NCBI RefSeq assembly: GCF_009914755.1
Contig: NC_060932.1
Strand: one strand, 5' to 3'
Origin: the human T2T-CHM13v2.0 reference genome, Homo sapiens
Length of the DNA stretch: 64,000 nt
Both the position numbers and the translations under genes were made by a program. Each line of letters opens with the position of its first letter. Positions within the stretch are counted from its first letter, which is position 1. Below are positions 30,684-45,812 of this stretch, in pieces. The notes beneath the pieces were generated by a model, which was not told where the DNA came from, ran no database searches, and was given only the letters and a program-made list of their open reading frames with translations.

Positions 30684-32674
30684 TTAGTAAAAGGATAAAA
30701 GAGATCTGAACTGGCAAAGAAAAATACCCAGGATACATTATTGTTACATGAAAGAGTAAATTGCAGAATGTTTTGTATGATATAATCCTGCTTGTGTGAA
30801 ATTTAAAAAAAGGAGTCTATTAACACATTTGCAGATGAAAAGAAAATACCTGGACATTTTTGGTAAAAATCAAACTACTAACAGTGAGACTTCTGGGGAC
30901 TGAAATTCACAAAGGGATAAGAGGACTTTACATTTTGCTTTAAGTACCTCTGAAGGATTTGGGTTAAACAGAAAGTAATAAACTCATGTTGTCTAAATAC
31001 CTTTTCAAAATGTGATATTAAAAACAGACAAGCAATTACTTAAAGCAAATACGTCTGTGTGCCTCTGAGCAACATTAGAAAAGGCAAGGGTCAGCACGAA
31101 AGAGGTGACAGAACCCTCTTCTTTCAGTGCTCAATCCATGCAGGGAGGGCTGAGCCTTTTAGGAATCACATTAAATATGCTTTCCCCTTCACACCATCAA
31201 TTTGCTTTTGATATAGGAAATTCAGAAAATAGAGTGAAAGATAAAATTAACTCCAATGCCATCATCCAGAGACAGCCACTCTGAACATTCGTGATATGTA
31301 ATTTTCCATGGCCTTTTTTTTTTTTTGTAAAAAAGCAAAATGGGATCATTATCTACATCCTGTTTTGCGACCTGCTTTTAGCAGAGCGTATCACGGTCAT
31401 CTTTTTCCTGTCGTTCCCTGTTTTGTCTGCAGCAACCTGTGAGGGGCTGTCAGCATCTGATCGTGAGGTTTAATGAACCGTTGTCATTTTCCCCACTTCT
31501 TCTGCCGCACACCCCAGCTGTTTCCATTTTCTCAAGATCATAAACATGCTGCAAAAATGTCCTTTGCTCATGCCCTTTCTCTTTCCTCATATCTTCCCTT
31601 AATTTTTGTTGAGGTTAAAAATCCCACAAGTGGGATTCCCACGCTCAAGAGCATACATAACCTTTCTAAGTCTTCCGATATATTTTGGCAAATTGTCCTT
31701 CAGACATTTCGTACAGCAGTATGGAAGTATGTAGTTCCCTGTACTTTCTTAAACAAGGGTTATTATTCTTTTCATCCTTTCTGAGCTGGCTTACAAAAAA
31801 GTGGTCTTTTACTTTTCAATCTCATTTTTTATTAAGCAAGTACTGCACATGTAGAAAATTAGAAAATTCTCATCTACGCAAAGGAAAAAAAATCAGTTAC
31901 AACCCTACCACCAATGGAAAATCGTTGTGAATGTTCAGTGTATGCATTTTCAAAGGTGTTACATATACATATAGTCTTGAAAAATGGGCCAAACTGTTTA
32001 TATTGTGTCATAACTTGGTTATTTCTGTGAACAGTACAGTATAAATTATATATAAATAAATGTAATTTTGAACCATATGAATAACTGCATGCTATTGTAC
32101 AAATTTACCATTAATTTATTTAATCACTAATGGTCAAATAAGTTATTTTCAACTTTTGGCTGTTATAAATAAACCCACAGTAAACATTGTTGTAAGGTAA
32201 ATATTCAATTGTCCAATATTTTTAAGCTATGTTTCCATAACCGGAATTATGGTGTTTAAGAATATGCACATTTTTAAAGATCTTGATCTATGAAGCTAAA
32301 TTAATGTTTATAAAGGTAAGACTGGTTTACATTCTCACCGTGATGAAGGAAGCCATTTCTCCAGTCCCTGGACAATGGTTTATAACAAATTAAAAAAAAA
32401 AAAACAACTTTGTCAATCTGCTCAGTGAAAAGTGATGAACAACATAGTATTAATTTACTTTTCTATTGATTTTATCATGTACTTATTAGCCACTTGTGTT
32501 TCTCTTATTATGATTTGATCATCCACGTCTTCTACCACTTTTTACATTAAGGTATTTATCATTTTGTCAATGATATGGAAGACCTCTTTATGTGATAAAT
32601 ATGTTTAATTTTTACATTAATGTCATAAATGTAAATATTTTTCTTAATTTAGGTTATGCTTTTTAACTTACTAA

Positions 32675-32972
<298 letters not shown>

Positions 32973-34654
32973 GAACTTTGTGTTTGTATTATGTATTACA
33001 GCATGGTATGTATTATGCAGTAAAAGCTATCATTTCTACCTAGTCAATTTATTAATCTTTCCTATTAATCTTTCCTGTGTCGTTCACACTTGCAAATGTC
33101 TTCCTCACTCCTAGATGATAGAAATATACAACTATTTAAGAAATTTTTTCACCACTAGCTATGAATATTTTAAATGTATAAAAAAACACAGAAAATAATG
33201 TGACACTGCTAAGATCAAACAGATATTCATATTTTGGTACACTTTCTTCCTTCTCTTTTTTTCCTCTCTCTTTTTATGTTCCAGATATGAAGATACAACT
33301 AAAGATTGGTCATTATTTTCTCCTCTCTTTCTCTCCAAAATTAATAATGATCATGGAGTTAGTAGGTGTTAACCATGTATGATTTTGGACATTTACGACA
33401 TGTATAAGCAATTATAAACAATATATATTGCTACTCTGTATGTTTTAGACTTTTAAAAATGGCTTCATAATGTATGTAACCTTTTTGCAACTTGCTTTTT
33501 TTTTCAGAAATATGTGTTTTTGAGATTTGTTTGTTGTAATACACAGATTCCCAGTGCTTTTTTTTTTTTTACTGTATCCTTTTCTATTAAGTGAATAAAC
33601 TTCCTTTTATTCATTCATTTTCTAAGGGACACTGTTTCAAAATGATGAAATGCATTGGGATGGGCAACCTCATACATTCCCTGTTTTGCACATATGTGAG
33701 AGTTTCTCTGAACAACACAGGGAATTTAGATATTTAATTTACCTATGGACTTACAGGGCAGTGGGCTATGTTCCCTCAGTGGCACTATGGGTTCCCAAAA
33801 CACTCCCCAAAGCGATCGAACCCATTTATCATCCCACCAGCAATACCTGAGAGTTTTCATTTTCCCCATATTCTCACCAAAACTCGTATTGTCAAACATT
33901 AGTTTTACTAGTGGAATAGGTAATAAATTAAATCTTTTTGTTTTAATTTGTTTCCCTTGATTATATTTGAGATGCTCATGGGTTATATGGATTCTTTGCC
34001 TCTGTATACGGCCTATTCATATATTTTGACCATTTAGAAAAATGTAGTTTTTTTTTATAGCTCATTTCCAATGCCAACTAAACACATAATTTACCTAGAA
34101 ATGGACCTAATAAAATATGTGCAAACTTGTATGGAGACGTAAACTTTACTGAACGATGTTAAAGAAGGGCTTAAACAGAAGGAAAGATGGATTTACCATG
34201 ATTAGGAGGACTCATCATTAAGAGGCATATTCTCTCCAAATTACTTAAAAATCAAATGTGTTTCCAATCTATATTCCAAAGGGTGTTTTTGAGGAACTTT
34301 ACAAGCTGGTTTTCAAAATTTTATGCATAAGAAAAGGCTCAAAAATAGAAAAGATATCTATGAAGAGAAAAAAAACCAAGATAGAGAGGAGTCCCCTCCT
34401 AGATGTCCACACTTACTAAAAGCTGCAGTAATGAAGATGGAACGGACCAGGGAGTGTAAAAATAGAACAGGAAGTGAACGGAGAGTCTCAGACGGACCCT
34501 CATGCACATGCCGGGGAGGCACTGTGCGTCTCCAGGGCGGTATGAGCTACTCGATAAATGAGGCTGAGAAAACTTTTTTCTTCACATAAAACTGTGGCCT
34601 TACTGCTCAACCATTCTTGACTATTGAATCCAAATTGATTAAAGACATAAATAT

Positions 34655-34946
34655 GGTCCAGGTACAGTGGCTCACACCTGCAATCCCAGCACTTTGGGAG
34701 GCTAAGGTGGGCGTACCACTTAAGCCCAGGAATTCGAGACCAGCCTGAGCAACAGAGTGGGACCTCACCTCTACAAAAATTAGAAGAATTAGCTGGATAT
34801 GGTGATGTACGCCTGTAGTCCCAGCTACTCGGGAGGCTTAGATGGGAGGATTGCTTGAGCCTGGGAAGTCAAGGCTGCAGTGAGCCATAATGGTGCCATT
34901 GCACTCCAGCCTTGGTGACAGAGTGAGGCTCTGTCTCAAGAAAAAA
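34655..34946 (+). mobile_element. Alu (AluJ-type)
   Basis: Full dimer. Confidence 0.95.
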
Positions 34947-35690
34947 TTTTATTAATTGTAAATCAAAGGTGAAAATTAAATCTTTTAGAAAAAATACAGG
35001 ATATCTTTAGGGTATAGATAATTATTTAATGACTTGACAAATCAAATATTAGATAATAAATTTTTTAAAAGCCATTTTTCTTACTGATTTGAATTGCCTT
35101 CCTTATCACTTACTCAATTCCCACATAATCATGGGCCTATTTCTGGACTCTGTCTTTTCCTGCATAGAACCACATAAATTAATTACTCCAGTTTAATGAT
35201 ACAGTTTCAGTTCTTTTTTAAAAGATTTTCTTCATTATTCTTTCTCATTCATTTTTCTGATTTAACTTAAGGCTATAATTTTGACAAGCTATGAATTCCT
35301 GCATTCATTTTTATTGGCATTAAATTTAAATTTATATACAATTTTTGGAGAATTGGCATTGCTAATGTTATTGTTGAAAAAAAGAAAGCTATTGATTTTT
35401 GTCTATTTCAGTTCTCTTATTAGCTCTAATAGCTTTTCAATTACTTGTCTTAGATTTCCCTGAAAGACAAACAGATCATCTGTTATGCCTTTTTTCGAAA
35501 TGTGTAGATGTTGTATTACCTTTTCTTGTTGTATTACACTGGCAAGAATTCCCAAAACAAAGTTAAATTATCTCAATGTTAGCAGGCGTCTCTCACTTCT
35601 GAATCTGGCTATAGGCTTGCAGAAGATATCTAGGAAGTTTCCTTTTTCTTTAGGTTACAACAAGCTTTTACAGGGATGCCTTTGATTATG

Positions 35691-36051
35691 TTTCCTTTTT
35701 TCTTTTTTCTTTTCCTTTTCTTTTCTTTCTTTTTCTTTCTTCCTTTTTTTTTTTTTTTTTTTTTTTTTTGAGACAAGGTCTTGCTCCATTGCCCAGGCTG
35801 GAAGTGTGTGGCATGATCACGGCTCACTGCAGCCTCAATCTTCTGGGCACAAGTGATCCTCCCACCTCAACCTCCCAAGTAGCTGGGACTACAGGCATGC
35901 ACCACCACACCTGGCTAGTTCTTGTAAATTTTATAGAGGGAGGTTTTCACCATGTTGACCACACTGGTCTCGAAGTCCTGGGCTCAAGCGATCCTCCTAC
36001 CTTAGCCTCCCAAAGTGCTGGGATTACACTTGTGAGCCACCGTGCCTGGCT
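35691..36051 (-). mobile_element. Alu (AluJ-type) with long T-rich tail
   Basis: Reverse dimer preceded by ~80 nt of T/C. Confidence 0.95.
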
Positions 36052-39000
36052 ATGTGGTTCTTAATGCTAAGTTGTCTTTTCACAGTGGAATGAGCCCTCC
36101 TTAATCATATTAAACATCATGTTTGATTGAAATAGCTTGTTTTATAGAAGTATTTTTGACTCTATATTAATTAGCCAAAGTTATCTGTGGTTTGTGTGTG
36201 ACTACTAATCTTTTGATAAAATTCAAAACTTTACATGAAAATGATGTGTGCTCTTTACAGAAAAATATTTAAATACAGGAAATTATAAAGAAAACGTTTC
36301 CCAGAACCCCAATACCCAGAGGCAATCTCTGTGAATATTTTGGTGTATTTCTTCTTAGTCTTTCTGATAGTGGGGGCGGCAAGGGATATGCACATTTTCA
36401 AGTTGTTTATGAAACTCAAATCAGCATACAGTAGAGTTTAAATGGAGTGCTTGGAGTGAGAGGCTCTGGATTCAAATCCTCACATTACAGTTTACAAACT
36501 ACGCCATATTTGTCAGCTTCCTTGATCTGTTCATGTCTCATTTTCTCAGTCAATACAATTGAGATAATAACTACCTCACACGGTTGTTCAGAGAATTAGA
36601 AAATGTAAATAAAGTTCTCGATGTGGTGACTGGCACAAGTCCTCTAAATAAGCATGAACTGTTACGATGCTGTACATAAACTTTTGTATGTTTCATATTA
36701 CTTAATACTGTACCATAAACCTTTTTAATGTCATTCAAGCTAATAGTAAATACCACTTTTGACATTTCCCTACTACATGTGGATGTATGTATATAGCTTC
36801 ATCTAATATTTGTGTATGAATTATTGCCTACATTTTAGAATTTTTCCCTCAGTTTAGGCTCTCAGAAGAAAAATTGCTTTGGTTCAATACCGTGGAACTG
36901 TTTCGGAGCTTCTGGTCTAGACAGCCAAATTGCTGTCCAGAAACGCTGTGACAGTGTTGGCTCCCAGCAGCCCCACATGAAGGTAGCGAGGTCCTCTAGC
37001 ACCCAGGGGAGTCCCAGAGAGGGTCTGATTCCTTCCTTTGAGGAATCCATTATCCCCTGAACAAGAACTTTTGAGACAGATCTTGCAACATGCTGGAGGC
37101 CACAGCTGGCAGCTCCTGCTCCGTGGAGCCCATATTCTAGTTGATGCAGGGAGGAGAGCAGAGGGGAAGGCAGATGGCAGACTAGCAAAGTAAACGGCCA
37201 CTGATTTCTAGGAGAGGTAAGTGCCACAAAGAAATTCAAACAGGATGACGGGACAGAATCATCGCACAGGCCCAGGGGTATTTAGATAAGAGAAAGACCT
37301 CTCCCAGAAAGTGCGACGTATGCTGGAGTCTTCAGTGGCAAGGAGAGGCTTTGCAAAGCACAGAGGGCAGAGCAGAGAGACGGCTCTAAAAGTGCACAGG
37401 CTTGGCAGATTCCCAGAGCAGAAAGAGGCTCCCTGCACTTGGAGCAGAGCAGCCAGGGATGGTGAGAGGAGGGCAGGGCCCAGAGACCAGCTGGGGAAGG
37501 GTTGGGATTTCTTTCCAAATGCCGTGTTGGACCATTGTATGGTTTTAAGGAGGAGCTGACTTACCTTTAAAGGGATCACTGCAGCTGTTGTGTGGAGGAG
37601 ATTGTGGGGTGCGGGTGAAGCAGGACACTAGATGGGAGGCCACCGCAGGAGATCGGTGAGAGGTGGCCATGGCAGAGCTAGGGCATTGTTAGTGGAAATA
37701 GAGAAGTGGATGGAAATGCTGAGATGCCAGCAACAGCGTGACAGTGACCTTCAGAGGTGCAAGGGAGAGAGACACCCCTCAATCCTCCCAAAGATTAAAA
37801 TCTTCTGCCCCCCACCAATCCACCTACAGTGGGGTGTCTGTGTTCAGAATCAGAACCCAGTATCTAGCGGGCATCTACAGGGAAGTTTTCTAAAAAAGTG
37901 AATGCATTGCAAAAACTCACACGAAAGTGCGTATTCACTCTGGGAAGCCTAAGCTCTAACAGGATGCACCGTCTAAAAAGCAATCCATCTGGTGCTTCGT
38001 CTCAGCTGGGGTCTGATTCTGAGAGTCCATGCTTTGTGGGGAAAGACCGCCAAGCCAAGGCCACTCTGTGCAGGCTGCTGGCACACCTGGGGCCCAGGAG
38101 AACTGGGCTCTCTACCTGACTCACTTATTCACCCACTGCGTACCCTGCACACTCTCTCGCCCCTCCCAGCCTCGGTTCCCTCTTCTGCAGAGTGAGCTCT
38201 GAGTGCTGGCATCTGGGGCAGGCCCTGACAGTGAGGTCAAAGCAAAGCCAGCTCACATCTTGCTCTGATGATGCCTCTAGAAGCCCCCTTCCCTCCCTCA
38301 GTGGGCACAGGGCTGGGGTGCCCTCAATGCTATGGGAAAATGCATTTCTCTGGCTTTCCAAGAAGTCAATTTCAGCTCTGAAAGGTGACCCTTGACTCAG
38401 GTTCAAGCTGTCGGGGCATAGACTTTCTCCCTGTGACAGGACCAAGAGCTTGGCCTGCAGCACCAGGGCTGCACCATGGGTGCTGCCTCAGGTGCGTTCA
38501 GCAGCCTGTAAGCCTCTGGCTTGGCTGGGAACGCAAGAGGGTCTTCGGGAGCTGAAGCCGTCCCCTGCCTTGTCAAGGTCTGGGTGGCTGTCTCCTGGCC
38601 CCCAACATGCTGTTTCCTCCCACACACCTGAGAAAAGCTCTCAAACATCACGGGGAAAGCAGATGAGGCCGGGGAGGAAGGCTTGAGCTGCTACAGCAAG
38701 GGCTCTGGGAACCTGAAAACATCTGGAACATCCAGGCGTGCTTGGCAGCTGGGAGGCTCAAGCCAAAAAGGGGCCAGGGAAAGTGGCTGGTAGAAGTCAG
38801 AGGACCAGCTGACAATGTCACCAAGTGCTGTGGCCACTTGGACTTCTAGTAAATGTCTCAGACTTAAAATGGCCAGAGGTGAGTTCCTGGTCAATTTCCA
38901 TCGCTGTGAATGGCAGCTCCATCTTCTCTTCCTCATGCTCTTTCTCTCGTATTCTGCACATACAAATCCACATGCGACCCCGATTTCTGTTGGCTCTCCC

Positions 39001-39254
39001 GTCCACAGGCAGCCAGGAATGGACATCTCTCTGCCTTGGCCGAGAGCCGGGTCTAAGCCACCTTCATTCTTTCCAGGATACACACAGCAACTCCTCCCTG
39101 CTCTCCTCTTCCCTGTCCTCCCACCTGCCTATTCCCAAAGGCAGCCCACTGTGACCCTATAAAAATGTTAGGTCCCATCACATCGCTTCCCTACTCAGAA
39201 CTCCCCAGTGTCACCCTCTCATTCAGAGTAAAATTCAAAGTCCTGTATGGAGTC

Positions 39255-39677
39255 TCCTCGACAAATTAAACATAGAATTACCATATGATCCAGCAATGCC
39301 AGTTCTGGGTGTGTATCCAGAATGACAGAAAGCAGGGACTTGAGCAGGTATTTGTACACTTGTGTCCACAGCAGTGTTGCTCAGTGGCTAAAATGTGGCA
39401 GCAGCCAGTGTCCATGGACAGATGGATGGATAAGCCCAGTGTGGGCTATATGTACAATGGAATCCAGTCTTACAAAGGAAGGAAATTCTGGCACATGCTA
39501 CAACATGGGTGAGCCTTGAAGGCATTGTGCTAAGTGAAATTGGCCAGACACAAAAGGACAAACACTGTATGATTCCACCTAAATGAAGTCCCTAAAGTAG
39601 CCCAATTCATCGACACAGATGGTAGAGTAACAGGTGTCAGGGGCTGGGGGCTGGGTCGGGGAGTTAGTTTAACAGGG
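39255..39677 (+). mobile_element. L1MB-type 3' fragment
   Basis: aaattaaacatagaattaccatatgatccagcaat...tgctaagtgaaat...tgtatgattccac. Confidence 0.85.
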
Positions 39678-40044
39678 CTGCTCTAACAGATATCGTTCAT
39701 GGAAAAATGGGAGAAGATAGAAAATGCATAAGACCTACTAGATTGTCTTTCTCTCAATAGATTATTAATAAATGTTCCTTGAGTAGGTCAGAAAGATCCT
39801 CTGGGAGAGACAGCAATAGGGCGGTGAACTTTCTTTGCACCGCAAGGGGGAAGGGCGGTCGTGAGACCCACCCACCAAGTGCAGGACTCGGGGTCTGTGA
39901 AGTCTCCACTGTGCGGTGTGGTCTAAGAGCATCCACGACAGTGTCTGTCGGGCTTTCTGTTCTTTGTTACTGTGGCTGTCAGTGAGAAAGACGTCAGGCT
40001 CTCGCACCCCCGTTCTACTTTCTGTTCTCTGAATGGGACTACTC

Positions 40045-40230
40045 CAGGGACTCATTTAAATGGAATTGCAGTGTTTCTCCTTTGTGTCTGACTCTCTCCT
40101 CTTAGCGTCATGTCTTCGTGGTTCATCCATGTAGCAGTATGTGAAGGAATTTCCTTCCTTTCAAAGGCTGAGTGGTATTCCATGGAATGTACAGGCCACG
40201 ATCTGCTTATCAGTTCATCTGGGCATGAAC
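40045..40230 (-). mobile_element. L1M 3' fragment, reverse
   Basis: ggttcatccatgtagcagtatgt...ggctgagtggtattccat. Confidence 0.75.
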
Positions 40231-43200
40231 TTTTGTTCCATCTACAGTGCCTGACATCCCAGGCACGCGAGTGCACACCCATCCCCACACCAGGATACAA
40301 AAGCCTCCCAAAGCCTTTCCTACAGGCAATGCCCCTGGGTATTCTCTATTCTATATGATTTTGTTTTTAAAATGCCAGCAGGAGCCCACTTGATTTCATG
40401 AACAACTAAAGCAATTCCCTGTTTGATTTCCTGTTTGAAGCCACTGTTCTGAAGAACACAGACTGCAGGAAGCTGTTCTGGGCCATCCCCGCATGCAGCG
40501 CAGCACATATGACATGAGGCACTACAGTGGCGGGGAAAATTGCATTTTAAGCACTGATACAATATTAGAAAAGACAAAACTTTGAAAATTAAGGAGGTAA
40601 GTGACTGGCCTCTAAAGACAGAAAAATAATGCAGTTAAAGAAAATGGAAGGAAGGGGGAAATAGAGGCAGGCATCCAGATGAGGGCTGCAGCAAAGGAAG
40701 AAGCCAAAGACAGTAAAAGAATGCCCCAGAGAGACGCAAGCAATTAAAGGGGAGCAGGGAGGACCCCTGTGCGCCGGCTGCTTACTTCGTCCCAGACACT
40801 CCCCCAGGCCCTGAGGACTCAGGTGGAGCCACTGACATGGCTGACCCCTGGCACTACCTCTCAGCTCCTGGTCATCCTCAAAGCATCCCAGGAGGCCGGC
40901 TTCCAGACCTCCACTCTACAGGTAAAGAAATGAAGACTGACGGAGGTCAAGCTTGCTCGAGGTCCCTCAGCCGGGAGTGGCACAGGGAGGATGTAAGCCC
41001 AGACCGCCTGTACTTCCAGGACCCATCTTCCTTCTCTGCTGTGGCCACCTCCACCCAGCCCAGGGGACAGCACACCCCACTCGAGAGCTTCCATCTCCTG
41101 GCACCAACCAGCAAAACAGGGCAAAACCCTGAAAGTTCTTGGTGCATTGCAACTGGGCGTTTGCAGTGACTGCTGGCCTGTGTGGAGAGACTAGGGGAAG
41201 AATCTCAGAGCAGCAGCTTGTTGGGGAATGTGGAGGGGAGGACTCCAGAAGAGGTGAAAGTCATGTGCGTGCCTCAACCCTGGAGTGGGAGCTCCCCAGG
41301 AAGGGGAGGGGCCTGAGGTCAGTGACTCCTAGATTTGAGCAGGTATTGCTGACTGGTGGGTTGGATCAGAAATGATCTGGGACTGTAATAGCTTCTTGGG
41401 CTCCTGCATATGATACAGAAAGTATGAAACAGGGCCAGGAATCTGTATTTTTTACCTCTCACCCCCATTCTGATGCTCAGCCAGGGCTGGAATGGAGCCC
41501 TCCTAAGCCTGTAGTTGCCCTGCTGCATAGGTATATCCACCAGCAACTTGCCAGGATGGGTCCAGAAAGCAGGCTCACGGGCTACTCGAGCCCAGAGGTG
41601 GGGGCAGTGCAATTACAGGGGCTGGGTGGATGGAGAAGGCCCACAGTGGCAGCTTCGGCTGGGAGCAGCATCTCTGCACTGTGTCACTTGTACCCCAGCC
41701 TCTCTCCCAGCTGTTCCCCTCACTGCTCAGAGCTCAGCGTGCAAGAAGGGTCCTCCACTGTGCTCTTACAAGGCTTCTGAGACCTGGGATGGCCTGCTGG
41801 GCCTCAGATCCCTCGGGGAGGCCATTGCGGGGCTCTTGCCTGTAGCCCGCAAACACCCTTGTTTAGCGTCCTTCTGCCTTTAGGATGGGACTAAGACAGC
41901 ATTGCCTCTCTCTCGCAAAGGACAAGTGGGTTTTCTCACATTTGCTGGAACAGTGGACAGGAGTACCCTGTGGACAGATCAAGGCTCTATTTGCTGAGTC
42001 CTGTCTTTCAGCTGAATTGGAGCAACCGTTAGACTCAGTGACAGGTAGCACATGGTCAAGGTGACCAGGGACAGAGACCTTGCCCAGACCCTGTTCACTT
42101 GAAATAACAAGGATTTTCCTCCACTCATTTCCTGGGATACCAAAACAGAATGGTTCCTTGTGCCAGAAGGGAAGGTCCGATCCCCTTGGCAGATCCTGTG
42201 TCATTACGAGTTTTATTGGGTTCAATGTCATAAAACACCACAGCCATGGAGACCTATAAAATGCCCCAAACATTTCCCTTGCAAAAGTCAGACCAAGGAG
42301 TTGAATTATTTCCAAGGTGCAGGCTTCTCCGAGTGATGGGAGACTCTGAATCCACCTGGGTCGGGCCCAGCTGCTCCATTACCCCAAGCCCCCTTCACAC
42401 AGGGTTCTCATGCAGTGCGCGGCGGTGGTGTGGACTGCCCGCCAACCACACTTAAATCACATGGAATTCAATAAACGTCCACAACCTGTTCTGAGCACCA
42501 CTCTATAACTCTGGCTAACTATTTAGAAGGCACTTTGGGAATGCAATGCCTCAAAGGCCTCCCTGGATCACTTGGTATGAATTTTGCAGCCCAAGGTGCA
42601 ATCTTGTACGAGTCACTTCATCTCATTGCTTCTGTCTCTGTGCAGCGAGGGCTGTGGGTGGATGATCTCTGAGTTGCCTCCAGCCCTAACATTCAGGGGC
42701 TATGATTGCATCGCAGATTTAGGGGATGCTGAGGGACAGACAGCCTGGGCTCTGCTCACAGCTGCAGAGAAAAAGTGTGCAGCCTGGAGATGGTCCAGCC
42801 CTGGCACTCTCATGCCCTAAAGGAGCCTGGGGGTAACACAGGGCTCCATCAGGAATGATGCTCTGGTTTCTCTTCGCCTCTCCACTCCCTCTCAGTCTCC
42901 ACTATGGTCCACGAATCACCAAGGTCTTCATTGCTGCCAGCATCAGCCTTGTACCCCTGCTTTTCCATCTCCCCCTTCCTACCATCCACTCCCACTTCAA
43001 GACACAGAGGTCCTAGTTCATGAGCCAACTGCGTGTGGTGCATTGAGGACAAGCCCTGGGACCCAGCATGCTCTGTAAGGCTCAAGGCCAGAGACCAATC
43101 TAGGCCGTGGGCATGGACAGTAGGGATCTCGTAGGAGGATAAAACAAGAAAAGTAAATATTTTATCAAGGACAAAAAAGAACTTCAAGAGACTCTTGCTT

Positions 43201-43279
43201 CAGACTTCCATGAATAAATAATTCTTTTAGAAAGGCAATCATGTTATGTGGCCCGTAAGACCTTAAAATTGAATAATCT

Positions 43280-43588
43280 GACCAGCCGCGGTGGCTCACG
43301 CCTATAATCCCAGCAGTCTGGGAGGCCGAAGCGGGCAGATCACTTGAGGTCAGGAGTTTGAGTCCAGCCTGGCCAACACAGTGAAACCCCATCTCTACTA
43401 AAAATACAATAATTAGCTGGGCATGGTGGTGGGTGGCGCCTGTAGTCCCAGCTACTCAAGAGGCTGAGACAGCAGAATCACTTGAACCCAGGAGGGGGAG
43501 GTTGCGGTGAGCCGAGATTGTGCCACTGCACTCCAGCCTGGGTGACAGAGCAAGACTCTGTCTCAAACAAACAAACAAACAAACAAAA
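43280..43588 (+). mobile_element. Alu (AluS-type)
   Basis: Full dimer with (AAAC)n tail. Confidence 0.97.
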
Positions 43589-44790
43589 CCAGAAGCCTGT
43601 GTAATTTGCAGTAAAATTTTAAAATCTCTCTGAGCCTCAATGGCTTTATCTATAAAGTAGAGGGTGGAAATATGTTTTCTGCCTGCCTTAAAGGATCAAA
43701 TTGATAATACTAAAATAATTTGTAAAACATGAAGTCCCATGTAAAAATCTCTGTTGAGACCAAATTGAACCTAAATGATTAGAACTGTTGGGCTTTCAGA
43801 CTATCCACATCTGTGTCAGATGGCTGACATGTCGTCAGAGTGATTTCAGGGTGGGGTTTAGGATGAGGAATTTTACGTGCTTATAATGATATTGGCTAGA
43901 CCTTGTTAAGAGATCATAACAAGTTCTGGAAAAGAGCTAAACAAACAACACAGTTTTCTGTGGTGTCCTCCACGGGTCTGCTTGAAGAACTAGTCTTCGT
44001 TCACGAGGTCATCCACACATCACCAACTCTGTACCCATTAAGTCATCCCTTCTTCTGATCCCACAGCGCTTCTTACAGACCAGTAGCATAGAACTTGCGT
44101 GTCTGCCTTCTAAACCAGACTCCTCCTGAGCTCTTCAAGGAAAAGCCATTTTGTTTGTTTGGTTGTTTATCTTTGTATTTTCAGGCCCCATCTTACCACT
44201 TGATACATTGTAGACATGCAGTAAATCTTTCTCTTCTTTGAACGAATAAATTAAATAATCAAACAATCACAGAAAACCCAAACGTAAGAAAATGCTTACT
44301 TTTCCACCTCCCGACAGCATCCACTGCCAGAAAGAGTAAATAGTTTCATTTACCAAGACAATGGTGGAAAGATGTCATTCATACTCCCAACCAGTGTTAT
44401 CCTAAATATTGATTATGGATCATTAGCCAATACTTTGGGGTCAAGAGGGCACATTGATCTCATGTTGAATGTTGCACTACATCTAAGACGCCCAAAATGA
44501 AAATATAATTTTCTGCTTTTTGTTGCATGACTGTTTGCCGTATTTCAGGAAGTCCATCCCCTTTAAAGACTGCCAGTTTTCAACAATAATAAGTGGGAAA
44601 CCTAGCAGAGATTCCCAGAGGAAGAAAGGAGAAGAGAAATTGAATTACACCCCATGTTCTTTGCTCCAGGTATACACACTTGCGTTTAAGGAAATTTAAG
44701 ACAGAATTTCTAAGAGAGAAAGCAAATCAAACTTTTTTAGGAAGTCAAACCCGCTGACTGGTGCCAGAGTTTGTTGTTAACAGAAACTGA

Positions 44791-45003
44791 TTTTTTTTTT
44801 TAATACTTTAAGTTTTAGGGTACATGTGCACAACATACAGGTTTGTTACATATGTATACATGTGCCATGTTGGTGTGCTGCACCCATTAACTGGTCATTT
44901 AGCATTAGGTATATCTCCTAATGCTATCCCTCCCCGCTCTCCCCACCCCACAACAGGCCCCGGTGTGTGATGTTCCCCTTCCTGTGTCCATGTGTTCTCA
45001 TTG
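44791..45003 (-). mobile_element. Young L1PA 3' end, ~210 bp, 5'-truncated
   Basis: Poly-T then atactttaagttttagggtacatgtgcacaac...tgtccatgtgttctcattg. Confidence 0.95.
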
Positions 45004-45413
45004 CTGTGTGAAGACAAAAGGCCGAGCTGTATTCAGGAATTCAATGAGCTGAAGTCTCCCACTCCGTTGGGTGGAACTTTTGGGTTTGGTCTCTTGAATT
45101 TCAAGGTTTCTTTGGCTCCTTCAGCCTCAAATAGTAACATTTCAGTTTGGTAAATACAGCTCACCTCCTATGGTGAGTGTTTGTAGCAGGAAAGAACAAT
45201 TAACTAACCACAAATATTTGTGTGTCAGTCTGACTCCCTGGTGAGAAATGCAAAGCTTACGGGGATCCATGTGTTTTAAAATGCCAAAGCATTTCCTTTA
45301 GTTAAGAACCACGGACGGCCATAATCAAGGCAGAATCTCGTACTTTAACACATTAGCAATTAGCTTTGGTTAAAAAAGTAGAAATAGAAGCAACTGCCTT
45401 AACAAAGAGGCAC

Positions 45414-45426
45414 TTTATTTATGTAT

Positions 45427-45465
<39 letters not shown>

Positions 45466-45518
45466 TTTGAGATGGAGTCTCTGTCATCCTGGCTGGAGTA
45501 CAGTGGCGCTATCCCGGG
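45414..45518 (-). mobile_element. (TTTA)n tail plus ~50 bp Alu 3' stub
   Basis: gagatggagtct...ggctggagtacagtggcgc, then similarity stops. Confidence 0.85.
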
Positions 45519-45644
45519 GATAATATATTCCCCATCCCATTACTGGACCTCTGTATGTAGGCAAAGATCTTTCGATTTCTTTCATTTCAATCTCGGATTC
45601 CCAGAAAGGGGGAAAGAGACAGAGAGAGAAAGCTGGGTTTTTTA

Positions 45645-45812
45645 AAAAACATTTTTGGGGCCACAGCCCCCGTTGAGAACCTGATGGAACTACAGACACT
45701 ATCCCTATAAAATACACTTATCACAAACATGCCAAATTTTGTGCTCAGCTTCAGGACCTCTCCCCCGACAAAGCCCCACAATCATTCATGGACTTCTGAT
45801 TAGAAACCCTGG
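45645..45812. mobile_element. hAT-Charlie relic (Charlie4z-like)
   Basis: ggggccacagcccccgttgagaacctgatggaac...catggacttctgattagaaaccctg. Confidence 0.55.
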
